This document shows, piece by piece, positions 10,341 through 20,667 of a stretch of DNA of 64,000 nt. Made by a program: the position numbers and the translations under genes. The notes under the pieces are model-generated. The model had not been told where the DNA came from. It was given only the letters and a program-made list of their open reading frames with translations, and did no database searches. This DNA is from Nitrospirota bacterium. Lineage in GTDB: Bacteria > Nitrospirota > Nitrospiria > Nitrospirales > Nitrospiraceae. The DNA lies in contig CAVPBK010000001.1 in NCBI GenBank assembly GCA_963701855.1, positions 128,001 through 192,000 on the forward strand. The letters are read 5' to 3'. The first letter of the stretch is position 1, and each line of letters begins with the position of its first letter.

Positions 10341-10976
10341 CTATTCGAAGAACTTCCTCACCCCCGCCTTAATCTGGTCCAGCCCCTGGCGCAAGTCGGT
10401 TTCAAGCACATCGGCCTTGGCCTGCACCCCCACGCGCTTGGCCTTGAGCTCGTCCTTGAACGACACCAGCTTAGTGAGTAGCTCCTGCTTCTTTGACTCC
10501 AGCGTAACTTGCTGTTTGGCTTTCTCGCTCTCAAAGCGGCCCTTGAGTGCCTCAAACTCGGCTTCGAGGGTGCTCGTCCGGCCCACGAGATCCTCCCAAA
10601 CCTTGCCTGATTCGAACGAAGCCCCTTTCACTTTCTGCTCCGCAACAGATTCGAACTCATTCAGAGCCTTGAGAATCTTTGTCCTCTGCTCCTCGAACGT
10701 GTCGCGGGCGTCCGCCTTGCCGAGGGCCAACTGGACTTGCAAGTGTTCGAGCTTGGCCTGCACGTCAGTCTTTGCCTGCTCTGCCATCTCCTTCGACTTC
10801 TGCACGTCGGACTGGACCTGCTTGAGCAGATCTCGTAGCTGTTGCTTGCGCTGTTCCAGCCGCTGCTGCGCTTGATCTTTCGTCTGGGTCAGTTGCGCTT
10901 CAAACGCCAGCGCCTGATGCTCCAACGCATCCAACTTCTTGTCGAACGATGCTCTGAGTTCCTTGATTCGCGACAT
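10341..10976 (-). CDS. Hypothetical coiled-coil protein
   Basis: GAGGAGG RBS before MSRIKEL; K/E/Q-rich heptads. Confidence 0.75.
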   Translation of the reverse strand: MSRIKELRASFDKKLDALEHQALAFEAQLTQTKDQAQQRLEQRKQQLRDLLKQVQSDVQKSKEMAEQAKTDVQAKLEHLQVQLALGKADARDTFEEQRTKILKALNEFESVAEQKVKGASFESGKVWEDLVGRTSTLEAEFEALKGRFESEKAKQQVTLESKKQELLTKLVSFKDELKAKRVGVQAKADVLETDLRQGLDQIKAGVRKFFE

Positions 10977-11193
10977 GGGGACCTCCTCTGGGTGAAATGG
11001 AACATATAAACCAGCTGCCTTCTTCTGCCGAGCGTGGCATGATATCGTCGCCAAAAGCAGGGAAGAGAGAGTCATCGCTTGACCTTGCACTGGACTGCCA
11101 GCACGCCATGACAATCCACCTATTCCATCCCTGCATAGCGCAGTATCGCGTCAAGCAATGGTCCCTTTTGCGGCATGAACCCAAGAGCCAGGG

Positions 11194-12477
11194 CTAGGGA
11201 GTCTTTGCACAACGAAACCCATAGCCGAAGTGCCGATTCGTCGGCTGGGCAGCGAACCGGTGCGCGGAACGCAGGAACTCAGGGACATAGAGCCAGGACC
11301 CACCCCGCACCACTTTAGCCTCACCAGTTGTCGGCCCTATTGGGTTCCGCCGCGGGCTGTTCTTATAATAGTCATAGTCATACCAGTCGCTGACCCATTC
11401 CCAGGCATTTCCGGCCATGTCATAGATGCCATAGGGACTCCGGCCTTCTTCGAAAGATCCTACCGGGACCAAGGCCAAATGGTTGTTCCATTCCTTTCTT
11501 CCGTAATTCGCGTGAAGCCGCGTAGGTGCTTCATTACCCCAGGGATAGATGCGTCCATCCGTCCCCCGCGCCGCCTTCTCCCACTCGGCCTCCGTCGGCA
11601 GCCTCTTGCCGGCCCATTTGCAGTACATGACAGCATCCTCCCAATCCACGTTTACAACCGGGCGTTTCTGATGTTGGGATTGATTCATAATATACCAGTC
11701 CGGCGGCTCCTCCATGTCAGTCGCCTCCAGATATTTGGCGTACTGTCCTACCGTCACCTCGTACTTGTCCATATAGAAGGCATTGAGGTAGACGTGATGT
11801 GCGGGACTTTCGTCATCTGCCAGATTACTCCCCATCGTGAATTCCCCTGCCGGCACCAGCGCCATCGGCACCCCTTGCATACCGACCTGCCCTTCCCCTC
11901 CCGTCAATCCGTCTAGTCTCAGCATGCTCGGCGAGGCAGTCGATCGCCGCTGTGAGAGTTTCGCTAGCAATTGTTGGTAGACAACCTGTTGCTCTTCGTT
12001 GAGACCCATCTCGTCGGCAGCGTCCAGAGTGTCCTTCGCCTGCTTCATCCTGTCGGGCGACGCCTTTCCGCCTGTGATCAGATCCTTCGCTTCGTCCAGC
12101 AATCGCCATACCTTCACTTCGTCCAGTAACTGCCACACCTTCGCTTTGCGTAATCGTGGTTTAGCCGATCCGACCACTGCAGATTTGGCATCCAGTTCCA
12201 GCGCGGTCTCGTAATGTTCTTCCGCGCATGCCCAGGCTTTCAAGCCCCGACAGGCCTCAGCCAAGTAGAAATGCGCCTGTGAATTCGACGGATCTTTCTT
12301 CACGCCGGCTTCCAGCTCCATGCGCGCCTCTGTATACTGTTTTTTCTTCAGTAGTTCCACCCATTTGGCAAATTCCTTATCGCCGGTATGGGCGGCCTGA
12401 GCGGTCACAGAGTTAGCGATCATCCCCGACCACATGAAGAGACACAACACGGTAAGTATTCTCACCATCTGCCTCAT
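11194..12477 (-). CDS. Exported TPR + formylglycine-generating-enzyme (SUMF1) domain protein
   Basis: Signal peptide, TPR, FTMGS, RLPTEAEWEKAARG, YDMAGNAWEW, RGGSW, GFRCA. Confidence 0.9.
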   Translation of the reverse strand: MRQMVRILTVLCLFMWSGMIANSVTAQAAHTGDKEFAKWVELLKKKQYTEARMELEAGVKKDPSNSQAHFYLAEACRGLKAWACAEEHYETALELDAKSAVVGSAKPRLRKAKVWQLLDEVKVWRLLDEAKDLITGGKASPDRMKQAKDTLDAADEMGLNEEQQVVYQQLLAKLSQRRSTASPSMLRLDGLTGGEGQVGMQGVPMALVPAGEFTMGSNLADDESPAHHVYLNAFYMDKYEVTVGQYAKYLEATDMEEPPDWYIMNQSQHQKRPVVNVDWEDAVMYCKWAGKRLPTEAEWEKAARGTDGRIYPWGNEAPTRLHANYGRKEWNNHLALVPVGSFEEGRSPYGIYDMAGNAWEWVSDWYDYDYYKNSPRRNPIGPTTGEAKVVRGGSWLYVPEFLRSAHRFAAQPTNRHFGYGFRCAKTP

Positions 12478-12589
12478 GGAAGCTCCTCTCCCAATTGTGA
12501 TTCCTTCGTGGATTCGACCTCGCCTGCTGGCACAGATCACGAGTCACGACAAGCCCGGCGAGCTTACCAGAAAACGAAAACGGTGGTCA

Positions 12590-13000
12590 TGAGCTCAACG
12601 GTTCCCCCTCTTGCGCCCGTCGAGCTACCACTACGATGCTCCCCTCAAGCTTGCTCGTTATCTCTCTCGGGATGGGGGCTGATTGATCTTCCACTGCGCA
12701 CAGCTTTCTCACCCGCCCACCCACTGGCACGCCGAGACGTGCCATTAGCCCGGGCGAGGGCCCTCCAATCCTCTTTACCTCTCTTGAAGGGAGTGGCAAA
12801 GGCTGCCCTTTACAGCGTGCATCGAACGAGCACCGTTTCACTGTGCGCGTTCTGCGAGCAAGAAGGGCACCTGGCCGCTCCATCCCCATCCTTCCGAGGC
12901 CGCGCGTTGCGCGAGCACAAAAGATCATCAGGCTCCATCCCGTATTCTGCTCCGCAAGCAAGGGATCAGCACAGATGTCATTCCACCCATTTTTTTCTCC
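12590..13000. repeat. Repeat family C copy
   Basis: Shares TTCTGCGAGCAAGAAGGGCACCTGGCCGC and GAGGCCGCGCGTTGCGCGAGCAC blocks with 9930-10340. Confidence 0.75.
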
Positions 13001-13037
13001 AGCTAGCCCTGCCGACATCGAGGCCGATCGCATCGCT

Positions 13038-13400
13038 TCACTTGGCGAGGGTCCGCACATAGGTCAGCACGTCTCTGCTCTCTTTCTCCGAGAGGCGGAC
13101 ATCCCAAGGCGGCATGTTCGGTTTGCCGTCATGGATAGTCTTGATCAGGTCGGCATCGGATTTCTTTCTGGTCGATGGTGATGTGAGGTTAGCCGGATCC
13201 GGTCCACGAAGAAACTTGTACCCATCCCCTCCACCCTCCGGCCCGTGGCAACCGGTGCAGTATCTGACAAACAGGATCTTTCCACGCGCCACATCGCCGC
13301 TCCGAGCCCTGGGCTCAGCTTGTCCTAACGCCACAGTCCCGAATAAAAGGCCGCTCACAAGCCCGACTGTTGCCATCTTAAGCATCCAGCTCCGCTTCAT
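13038..13400 (-). CDS. Monohaem cytochrome c
   Basis: Signal peptide, CTGCH, distal Met in NMPPW. Confidence 0.92.
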   Translation of the reverse strand: MKRSWMLKMATVGLVSGLLFGTVALGQAEPRARSGDVARGKILFVRYCTGCHGPEGGGDGYKFLRGPDPANLTSPSTRKKSDADLIKTIHDGKPNMPPWDVRLSEKESRDVLTYVRTLAK

Positions 13401-13485
13401 AACATTTCCTTCCGTTCGGTGTGCCCTACCGGCTGCATGCAATCGAAGCCCTGCCTTCGATGTAGCAGATCGAGCCTCCAGACCA

Positions 13486-13746
13486 CTAGTCCGGTTGTCG
13501 ATCGATCCCCGCTTTGATGGTCACGAATCGCCAAACCCCGACCCCCAGGAACAACATGCCCGTGACCAGCGAGACCACACCCAGCGCTTGAAATCCGCCC
13601 CCCTCCAGCCACCACACGGCCGGAATTCCAACGGCAAAAAACCCCAGCGCAGTTCTGATGTACGACAGCAACGTGCGCTCGTTGGCCAACTCGGTCCGTT
13701 GCCGGGCCAGCCGATCCCGCACAAGGGTATCCGATTGCTCAGGCAT
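13486..13746 (-). CDS. DUF202/YidH family membrane protein
   Basis: RDRLARQRTELANERTLLSYIRT. Confidence 0.9.
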   Translation of the reverse strand: MPEQSDTLVRDRLARQRTELANERTLLSYIRTALGFFAVGIPAVWWLEGGGFQALGVVSLVTGMLFLGVGVWRFVTIKAGIDRQPD

Positions 13747-13869
13747 AGGAGACTCCGATTTCTCGCCGAAACGATACTCCATCGAATCGTGAAGCTCAAC
13801 AGATGTGCAGCAAAATCAGACGTCCGCCGTTTCAGCCTCTCCAAGATTACTTATACTTTCCTCACGGGA

Positions 13870-14050
13870 GGGTGATCTGTTTGATCTCCCACTGCGCGCG
13901 TCGAACAACCGCTATGATGGTCCATCCAAGCTTGCTCGCTTTCCCATTGTGGAATGGCACTCGTGGTGGTCCTACTGCGGCCGTCGAGCGAGCACATTCT
14001 GATCGTGCGCGCTCCGGGAGCACAGGACCATCACGGGTGTCATTCCACTC
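13870..14050. repeat. Repeat family C copy
   Basis: CCACTGCGCGCGTCGAAC and CCAAGCTTGCTCG blocks. Confidence 0.6.
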
Positions 14051-17000
14051 CTACACCCACTCCGGCGCATACTCCTTCCCTGCTTCTTTTTCTGCGAACC
14101 ATCGATACAGGGCCGGCAAGACCACCAACGTGAGTGCCGTCGAGGTAAAGAGGCCGCCGATGACGACGGTTGCGAGCGGCCGCTGGACTTCGGCACCGAT
14201 CCCCTGCGCGAGCGCCAATGGCAGCAGACCCAGCAGCGTCGTCATCATCGTCATGACGACGGGGCGAAGCCGGAGGACGCAACCGCTGACGATAGCCTGG
14301 TCCATCTGCGCGCCTTCGCTGCGCAACTGATTGATATAGGAGACCAGCACGATCCCGTTCCCCACCGCAAGGCCGAATAGTTCGATAAAGCCGATGGAAG
14401 CCGGCAGACTCAGATATTGTCCGCTCAGCCACAGAGACACAACGCCCCCGATCAAGGCGAAGGGGAGATTGATCATGATCAACGTCGCGTAACGGAGCGA
14501 GTGAAACGCCCAGAAGAGCAGAAAAAACACGAGCCCCAGCGTAATAGGCACCACGATTACCAGCCGCTCGTTGGCCCGCTCCATGTTCTCGAACGCTCCG
14601 CCCCACGTCATCTGGTACCCTTCAGGCAGGTGTACCAATGATTCCAGTTTCTGCCGCCCTTCATCCACGACGCTGCCGATGTCGCGCCCGACGACATTGA
14701 AGCCGATGTAGATGCGGCGCTTCACTTGCTCCCGGCTGATGCTGAACGGCCCTTCGCGCATCTCGATCGTGGCGAGTTCGCTCATCGGGATCAGCGCGCC
14801 GGACGCCGACTTCACCCGAATCTCTCCGATGGTGCCGATGCTGTTGCGTTGCAGTTCCGGGAACCGAAGCGTCAATTGAAACCGCCGCTCGCCTTCGTAG
14901 ACATGGGTCACCGCCTTGCCGCCGATCGCGGTGGTCACGATCTCCTGCACGTCGGCCACGTTAATGCCAAAACGGGCGATCTTCTGCCGGTCAATGTCGA
15001 GCGTCAGATAGGGCTGGCCGGCAATCTGCTCGACTTTGATGTCTTTGACGCCGTTGATCAGCTGCATCAAGGCGGCAATCTTCTCCGCCTTGTCGTGCAG
15101 CACATCAAGATCCTCCCCGTACAGCTTAATCGCGCATTCCGCCCTGACGCCGGAGATGAGCTCGTCCACCCGGTGTTGAATCGGCTGGCTCATGAGCACG
15201 GAGATGCCTGGAATCTCCGCCAGTTTTTTCCGGATGGCGTCGGTCAATTGCGGCTGAGTGGTCGCCGTCTTCCATGTGCTCCGATCACTCAGAGACACGA
15301 TTGGCTCGCTCTCGTTCAGTTCCTCCGGCCCTACAGCAATCTCCGGCCTGCCGATCTTGCTCACGGCCATCCGGACTTCTGGAAACTCCAGCATGACCTT
15401 ATGGGCTTGTTTCTCCATCTCTATGGACTCCGGCAGCGAGACGCTCGGCAGCCGAACAATCTTGGGCGTCAGAGTGCCTTCTTCTAGTAGTGGGATGAAC
15501 TCCCGTCCCACAAATGGAACAAGGGCAAGGCTGCAAAGCACGATCGCTGTCGAGCTGCCGAGCACGAGACTGCGATGCCGGAAGGTCCAGGTTAGCACCG
15601 GCACATAGCGCTGTTTCATCCAACCAGCGAGGCGCGTTTCTTCCGGATGGTCTCCACGCAAGATCAATGATGCGAGCACCGGCGACAGGGTCAACGTGAC
15701 TACGACCGAAGCCAAGAGAGCGATCACCAACGTGTAGGCCAGCGGTGCGAACATCTTCCCTTCCATGCCGTGGAGCGTCATCAGCGGCAAAAACACGACA
15801 CTGATGATCAGAATGCTAAACAGGATCGGCCGGCCCACTTCTTTCGTGGCCTGAAGAATCACCTCCGACGTACTCTTCTTCGTTGCGCCATGGTTCTGCG
15901 CCAGGTGCCGATAGACGTTTTCCACCACGACCAGCGATCCGTCCGCAATCTCGCCGATGGCGATGGCGAGTCCGCCGAGCGTCATCAAGTTGGCCGAGAG
16001 CCCCAGCCGCTGCATCACGATGAATGTGATCAGGGGAGTGACGATGAGCGAGACCGTCACCACGACGGCGCTGCGGACGTGGCCCAGAAAGAAAAAGAAG
16101 ACGAAGATCACCAGCACGATCCCTTCAATCAAAGCATCCCGCACCGTATTGATCGCCGCCGTGACCAACTCGGTGCGATCGTAAAAAGGCAGGAGCTTCG
16201 TGCCCGAAGGAAGGATATTGTTCTGCTGGAGATCTTCCACCTTGGTCTTCACCGCTTCGACTACCTGACGAGCATTGCCCCCGCGAATCATGAGCACGGT
16301 GCCAGCCACGACCTCCCGCTCGCCGTTGAGCACCACTGACCCAAGGCGGACGGCGTGGCCGATGCGGACTTCCGCGACATCACGAACGAAGACCGGGGTG
16401 CCGCCGGCCTCTTTCACGATGATGGACTCGATATCGCTCATTGTCTTGATGAGGCCCAGGCTGCGGACGATCGCCCGTTCTGCATGGCGCTCCAGCACAT
16501 TGCCACCGGCATTGGCATTGTTCTTTGCCACCGCGCTGTAAATGTCGTGGAGCGTCAGGTCGAACTTGCGGAGCTTGGCCGGATCGACCAGGACTTGATA
16601 CTGTTTGACGAACCCGCCCATGCCGTTCACATCGATCACGCCGGGCACGCTCTTGAGCAAGGGGCGCAAAACCCAGTCCTGGAGCGTGCGCTGATCCATC
16701 AACTCCGTCTCGATGATCTTGGGGTCGGTCTCCGCCGCATTCGGCCCTTCCACATAATATTGATAGACCTCGCCCAGCCCGGTACTCACAGGGGCCATGA
16801 CAGGCTCCAGCCCATCGGGCAATCGCTCCTTCGCCGCCATGATCCGTTCGAGAACCAACTGGCGGGCGAAGTAGATATCGACGTCGTCGTTGAACACGAC
16901 CGTGATCTGGGAGAGGGCGAATTTTGAAAGGGATCGGATCTCCGCTAAACCTGGCAGGCCGGTCATCTGGAGTTCGAGCGGATAGGTGATGAATCGTTCG

Positions 17001-17182
17001 ACTTCGACCGGTGAGAGACCGGGCGCGTCGGTCAGCACCTGCACCTGGATGTTCGTTACGTCGGGATACGCATCGATCGGGATAGACTGAAAGGCGAAGA
17101 CACCGGCGACGGACAACAGGCAGGCCAGGCCCAGAACCAGTATCCGCTGTCGCAGCGAAAATTCCAGAAGAGAGGCGATCAT
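14051..17182 (-). CDS. czcA: CusA/CzcA family heavy-metal RND permease
   Basis: IDAYPDVTNIQVQV, GLGEVYQY, DGSLVVVEN, GKMFAPLA, RLRPVVMT, GAEVQRPLATVVIGGL. Confidence 0.95.
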   Translation of the reverse strand: MIASLLEFSLRQRILVLGLACLLSVAGVFAFQSIPIDAYPDVTNIQVQVLTDAPGLSPVEVERFITYPLELQMTGLPGLAEIRSLSKFALSQITVVFNDDVDIYFARQLVLERIMAAKERLPDGLEPVMAPVSTGLGEVYQYYVEGPNAAETDPKIIETELMDQRTLQDWVLRPLLKSVPGVIDVNGMGGFVKQYQVLVDPAKLRKFDLTLHDIYSAVAKNNANAGGNVLERHAERAIVRSLGLIKTMSDIESIIVKEAGGTPVFVRDVAEVRIGHAVRLGSVVLNGEREVVAGTVLMIRGGNARQVVEAVKTKVEDLQQNNILPSGTKLLPFYDRTELVTAAINTVRDALIEGIVLVIFVFFFFLGHVRSAVVVTVSLIVTPLITFIVMQRLGLSANLMTLGGLAIAIGEIADGSLVVVENVYRHLAQNHGATKKSTSEVILQATKEVGRPILFSILIISVVFLPLMTLHGMEGKMFAPLAYTLVIALLASVVVTLTLSPVLASLILRGDHPEETRLAGWMKQRYVPVLTWTFRHRSLVLGSSTAIVLCSLALVPFVGREFIPLLEEGTLTPKIVRLPSVSLPESIEMEKQAHKVMLEFPEVRMAVSKIGRPEIAVGPEELNESEPIVSLSDRSTWKTATTQPQLTDAIRKKLAEIPGISVLMSQPIQHRVDELISGVRAECAIKLYGEDLDVLHDKAEKIAALMQLINGVKDIKVEQIAGQPYLTLDIDRQKIARFGINVADVQEIVTTAIGGKAVTHVYEGERRFQLTLRFPELQRNSIGTIGEIRVKSASGALIPMSELATIEMREGPFSISREQVKRRIYIGFNVVGRDIGSVVDEGRQKLESLVHLPEGYQMTWGGAFENMERANERLVIVVPITLGLVFFLLFWAFHSLRYATLIMINLPFALIGGVVSLWLSGQYLSLPASIGFIELFGLAVGNGIVLVSYINQLRSEGAQMDQAIVSGCVLRLRPVVMTMMTTLLGLLPLALAQGIGAEVQRPLATVVIGGLFTSTALTLVVLPALYRWFAEKEAGKEYAPEWV

Positions 17183-18375
17183 AGCGTCGGCTCGATCTTG
17201 TGGCGTTCCATCTCAGACTTGAGGACGAACGATCCCTTGGTCACAACCTGCTCGCCGGCGCTCACCCCCTCCAACACCGTTACTACCTCTCCCTGCTCGC
17301 TTCCCACCTTGACCATTCGCGCTTCGAAGTCATTCGTTCCCCGTTGAACAAATACCATCGTACCGGTTGGCCCGCTTTGGACTGCCTCGAGCGGCACAGT
17401 CAGGGCGTCCGGAGTCGGCGACGCATAGACGAGGACGGTGGCAAACATTTCCGGTTTCAGCAGCCGATCGGGATTCAGCACCGTCACCCGCAGGCGCATC
17501 GTACGGGTGGCCGGATCGAGCACATCCCCGATGTAGGTGATCGTTCCCGGAACGATGGCATGGGGATAGGCGAACACAATCACATTGACCTTCAGGTCCT
17601 TCCGGATGAACTCCACGTCCTTCTCCGGCACGTTGCCGACGACCCACACATCCGAAAGATCCGCGACGGTGAAGAGCTTCTGCTGCGTCTCGACCACCTC
17701 GCCCCTCGTGATTTTGCGCGTGATGACCCGGCCGTCGAAAGGCGCCCGTAGGGACACATCCGCCTTGATCGTATCCTCGCGATCCAGCCGTTCGACTTCC
17801 TGCCGGGGGACGCCGAGCAGTTCCAGACGGTTCCGCGCCTCGCGGGCTTCGGCTTGTGCCGTTTTCATCGTGGCCTCGCGGCGTTGCAACTCGGCCAGAC
17901 TCACAACCTTTTGTTCATACAGGTCCCTGGCACGCTCGTACGCCAGTTTCGCTTCGTGCAATTTTGCAGCAGATTTCAGATATGCCCCCTCCGCCACACC
18001 GAGGTCCGTACTGTGGAGCAACGCCAGCAAGGCGTCTTTCTTTACGTCTTGGCCGACATCCACATAGACCTTCACCACTCGGCCCCTGATGAGCGTGGTC
18101 ACCTCAGCCAGTTCATTTTCGTTGGCTTGAACTGTGGCGGGAAATTCCCGAGGTACCAGCAACTGGCCTCGGACAACCGGCGCGACCTCGATCACCGTCC
18201 GCGCGAGTTCTTCGGCTGTGAGATGGACAACTCCTGGCTTGTCGGCCACAACAGTCTTCTTAGCCTCACGCGCTTGATCGGGAGTTCTCTCGCAGGCAAT
18301 AAGCCCGGCGAACGCTAAGGCAACGAGGATAACGACTCTACGTCGATCGTGAAACGTGAAACGCTTCATGGTCAT
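17179..18375 (-). CDS. czcB: RND periplasmic adaptor (CzcB/CusB family)
   Basis: Lipoyl/hairpin MFP motifs (LRAPFDGRV, LFTVADLSDVWV, LKPEMFA); overlaps the czcA start. Confidence 0.92.
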   Translation of the reverse strand: MTMKRFTFHDRRRVVILVALAFAGLIACERTPDQAREAKKTVVADKPGVVHLTAEELARTVIEVAPVVRGQLLVPREFPATVQANENELAEVTTLIRGRVVKVYVDVGQDVKKDALLALLHSTDLGVAEGAYLKSAAKLHEAKLAYERARDLYEQKVVSLAELQRREATMKTAQAEAREARNRLELLGVPRQEVERLDREDTIKADVSLRAPFDGRVITRKITRGEVVETQQKLFTVADLSDVWVVGNVPEKDVEFIRKDLKVNVIVFAYPHAIVPGTITYIGDVLDPATRTMRLRVTVLNPDRLLKPEMFATVLVYASPTPDALTVPLEAVQSGPTGTMVFVQRGTNDFEARMVKVGSEQGEVVTVLEGVSAGEQVVTKGSFVLKSEMERHKIEPTL

Positions 18376-18395
18376 ACCTTTCCGTTTTTGGAATC

Positions 18396-18411
18396 AGCAT
18401 GAGGTGTGCCA
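18396..18411 (-). promoter_or_regulatory. Putative sigma-54 promoter of czcBA
   Basis: TGGCACACCTCATGCT (GG-N10-GC) about 20 bp upstream of the start. Confidence 0.6.
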
Positions 18412-18736
18412 CGAAAAGCTCTCGATTTTACGGAAGAAATGGTCGGTCTAGATGCCTTTTGCCACGTTTCCGATGGAGGACCGTGGTGAAATGCGACAGT
18501 AGGGATTGCGGAGGCGAAGAACCGACAGGAGCGGTTACCACGTGAATGGAATGACCTTCGTGCTAGTTGTGATTTTTCACGAATGATCCCGACAAGGGAA
18601 CCGGGACAACGTGAATAAGACACCATCGTCCTTTAAGGGGACTGCCCGGCGTTGTTGTTCGTAGCGAGGCGAAGGAAGTGCGGCCAAACATGACCCCACT
18701 GGCATTCCAACCCTATTGTCTTCTGGAGATCTCTAA

Positions 18737-19075
18737 TCAAAACCCGTCGAGGGGCACTTTCTTCTTCGCTGCGTATTCGTCGTCGGTGATCAACCCGTCA
18801 TTGTGAATCTGCTTGAGTCGTTTCAGTTTTCCTTCGAGAGAAGAATCTGGATAAGCGGAAGGAGGCGATCCTTTTTCCTGTCCACCGTCTATCCGAGGAG
18901 CGTTCGATAAGAGCTGTTGATAGGCAAGGGCTAACTGTGGCGCCTCAGGGATCAGGAAAGTCCCAAGCCCGTTGTCCTCGTGAGGCAGGCGCTGATATGG
19001 CTCATAGAGAGCTCCGGCGATCATGCGCGGCGGATCCTGCCACATCAGCTCGCGGATGCTCGACATCGCATTGTG
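18737..19075 (-). pseudogene. 5'-truncated paralogue of the SHOCT lipoprotein at 19593-20534
   Basis: SSIRELMWQDP...LYE...LAYQQLL...LKRLKQIHNDGLITDDEY aligns with PNIRELVWENP...LYE...ISYQPLL...LKRLRDQGLITEEEY. Confidence 0.7.
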
Positions 19076-19079
19076 AGTG

Positions 19080-19430
19080 TTACTTGCCAAGACTCCGTAT
19101 GTAGGCGAGCACGTTCTGTATATCCTGCCCGTTGAGCCGGCTTTTCCACGCAGGCATTGTGCCGTGACCTTCACGAATCACTGTCCGCAGATCCGTATCC
19201 GATTTGCCCCTCACTTGTGGACCAGTCAAATCTGCCGGTGGCGGCCTGAGTGCTTCGCCCATGACTCCGTCTCCCTTTCCACCCTCTCCATGACACACCA
19301 CACAATTGATCGCATACAGTATTTTTCCTTTTGTGGAATCTCCGCTCTCGGCCGATGTCACTTGGGCGCCCACTCCTCCCGTAAATAAGCAGGATGCGGA
19401 AAACAGAACGAGAAGTTTCAAGCCATTCAC
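19080..19430 (-). CDS. Monohaem cytochrome c
   Basis: Signal peptide, CVVCH, GTMPAW. Confidence 0.92.
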   Translation of the reverse strand: MNGLKLLVLFSASCLFTGGVGAQVTSAESGDSTKGKILYAINCVVCHGEGGKGDGVMGEALRPPPADLTGPQVRGKSDTDLRTVIREGHGTMPAWKSRLNGQDIQNVLAYIRSLGK

Positions 19431-19502
19431 CTAGTCACCTCTTTCTTTGTTTAAACCGTGGCCGAAATCGTGATCATCAGTTATTTTAAAGGGCCGTGGT
19501 GA

Positions 19503-19518
19503 CGCAAGCCGCGTTCCA
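19503..19518 (-). promoter_or_regulatory. Putative sigma-54 promoter
   Basis: TGGAACGCGGCTTGCG (GG-N10-GC) upstream of the cytochrome c at 19430. Confidence 0.5.
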
Positions 19519-19592
19519 TTCGCTTCCGTTGCGTCAGTATGAGTGACAGAGGGGAGCTTCATTTGGATGCGCCGGATTTGTCCAGTGGGCAT

Positions 19593-20534
19593 TTAGAGGC
19601 GCTCCAACAGCTGGTTTCTTTTATTGCGATACTCTTCCTCTGTGATCAAGCCCTGATCACGGAGTCGTTTCAAGACTTTCAACCGTTCTTCCATTGAGGG
19701 CTGATTGGTTTGCGCTTGAGGAAGACGTGAAGCACTGAAGCCATCTGGTAGTGCGGCCTTGGAGAGGGGCTCAGCCAGTAGAAGCGGTTGATAGGAGATC
19801 GAGATTTCATTGACTGGGGCACTCAGCACCCCGACTTCCTTATGTTGGATCACCGTCTGATGGTCACCGGGGACCAACTCATACAAATTGACCTGGCTCG
19901 AGAGCGGATTCTCCCAAACCAGCTCACGGATGTTCGGCGCAGTCACGGCATATCGATAGTTGGCCAGGAGCAGATGGAGGTGCGACCCTTCCATAAACCA
20001 CCCGCCGGAGGTGATCTCGGAGACGTCCGGTGCGCCAGGCCGGCTCAGTCCAAAGACCACCCACTCTGTTGGTTGTGCCTGGGCGAAGGCGAGGCTTAAG
20101 GTCCGGCTCAGGTAGTCGACTTCATCCTGCGTTAATGCATCATTGATTAGCCCCTTGGGCAATGAAAACAAGACGACCGGCTCACCCTGTCTTTGAACAC
20201 GAAGACTGCTCAGGATGATTTTCCATTCCTCGGGACTGAGCGTGAACGGATGAGAAAAGTTCGGTACGCGGTCTCGGCGTAATCCCGGGGACGGTCCTTG
20301 TAGCCGGACGAACCGATCCTCTCCCTCACACTCTCCGCAGACCATGCGACAATTTTCACAGGCCAAGCGAGGCGGGTGTGCCGGCCCAGCACAACCCTGA
20401 AGCAGGCCGGCGATTAGACCTCCGGTGAGCATTGCCACGACCACGCAGGCGCTTGTCGCACGTCGAACTCGCGCATAGCCGTGCGACGCGCTGACCTGAT
20501 GATCTTCCTGGAATTCTCGTTTGTGGGCTGTCAC
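19593..20534 (-). CDS. Lipoprotein with Cys-rich N-terminus and C-terminal SHOCT domain
   Basis: Lipobox LQGC, CENCRMVCGEC, SHOCT motif; start uncertain. Confidence 0.8.
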   Translation of the reverse strand: MTAHKREFQEDHQVSASHGYARVRRATSACVVVAMLTGGLIAGLLQGCAGPAHPPRLACENCRMVCGECEGEDRFVRLQGPSPGLRRDRVPNFSHPFTLSPEEWKIILSSLRVQRQGEPVVLFSLPKGLINDALTQDEVDYLSRTLSLAFAQAQPTEWVVFGLSRPGAPDVSEITSGGWFMEGSHLHLLLANYRYAVTAPNIRELVWENPLSSQVNLYELVPGDHQTVIQHKEVGVLSAPVNEISISYQPLLLAEPLSKAALPDGFSASRLPQAQTNQPSMEERLKVLKRLRDQGLITEEEYRNKRNQLLERL

Positions 20535-20667
20535 GTGATTCGTTCAGACTCCTGATTTACGCGATGATGTCTTGCCGCTCTTGCTCTGTCAACCGGTGCC
20601 TGACAGAGGGACGGTGGTGAGAGGAAGAGAGGAGGTAACACCCACACCGGTGAGTCGGCTGAGCCGT

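Noticed and set aside
9894..10875. Several overlapping ORFs (also 12388-13181 and 13803-14330)
   Set aside because: They are translations of repeat family C or antisense to real genes.
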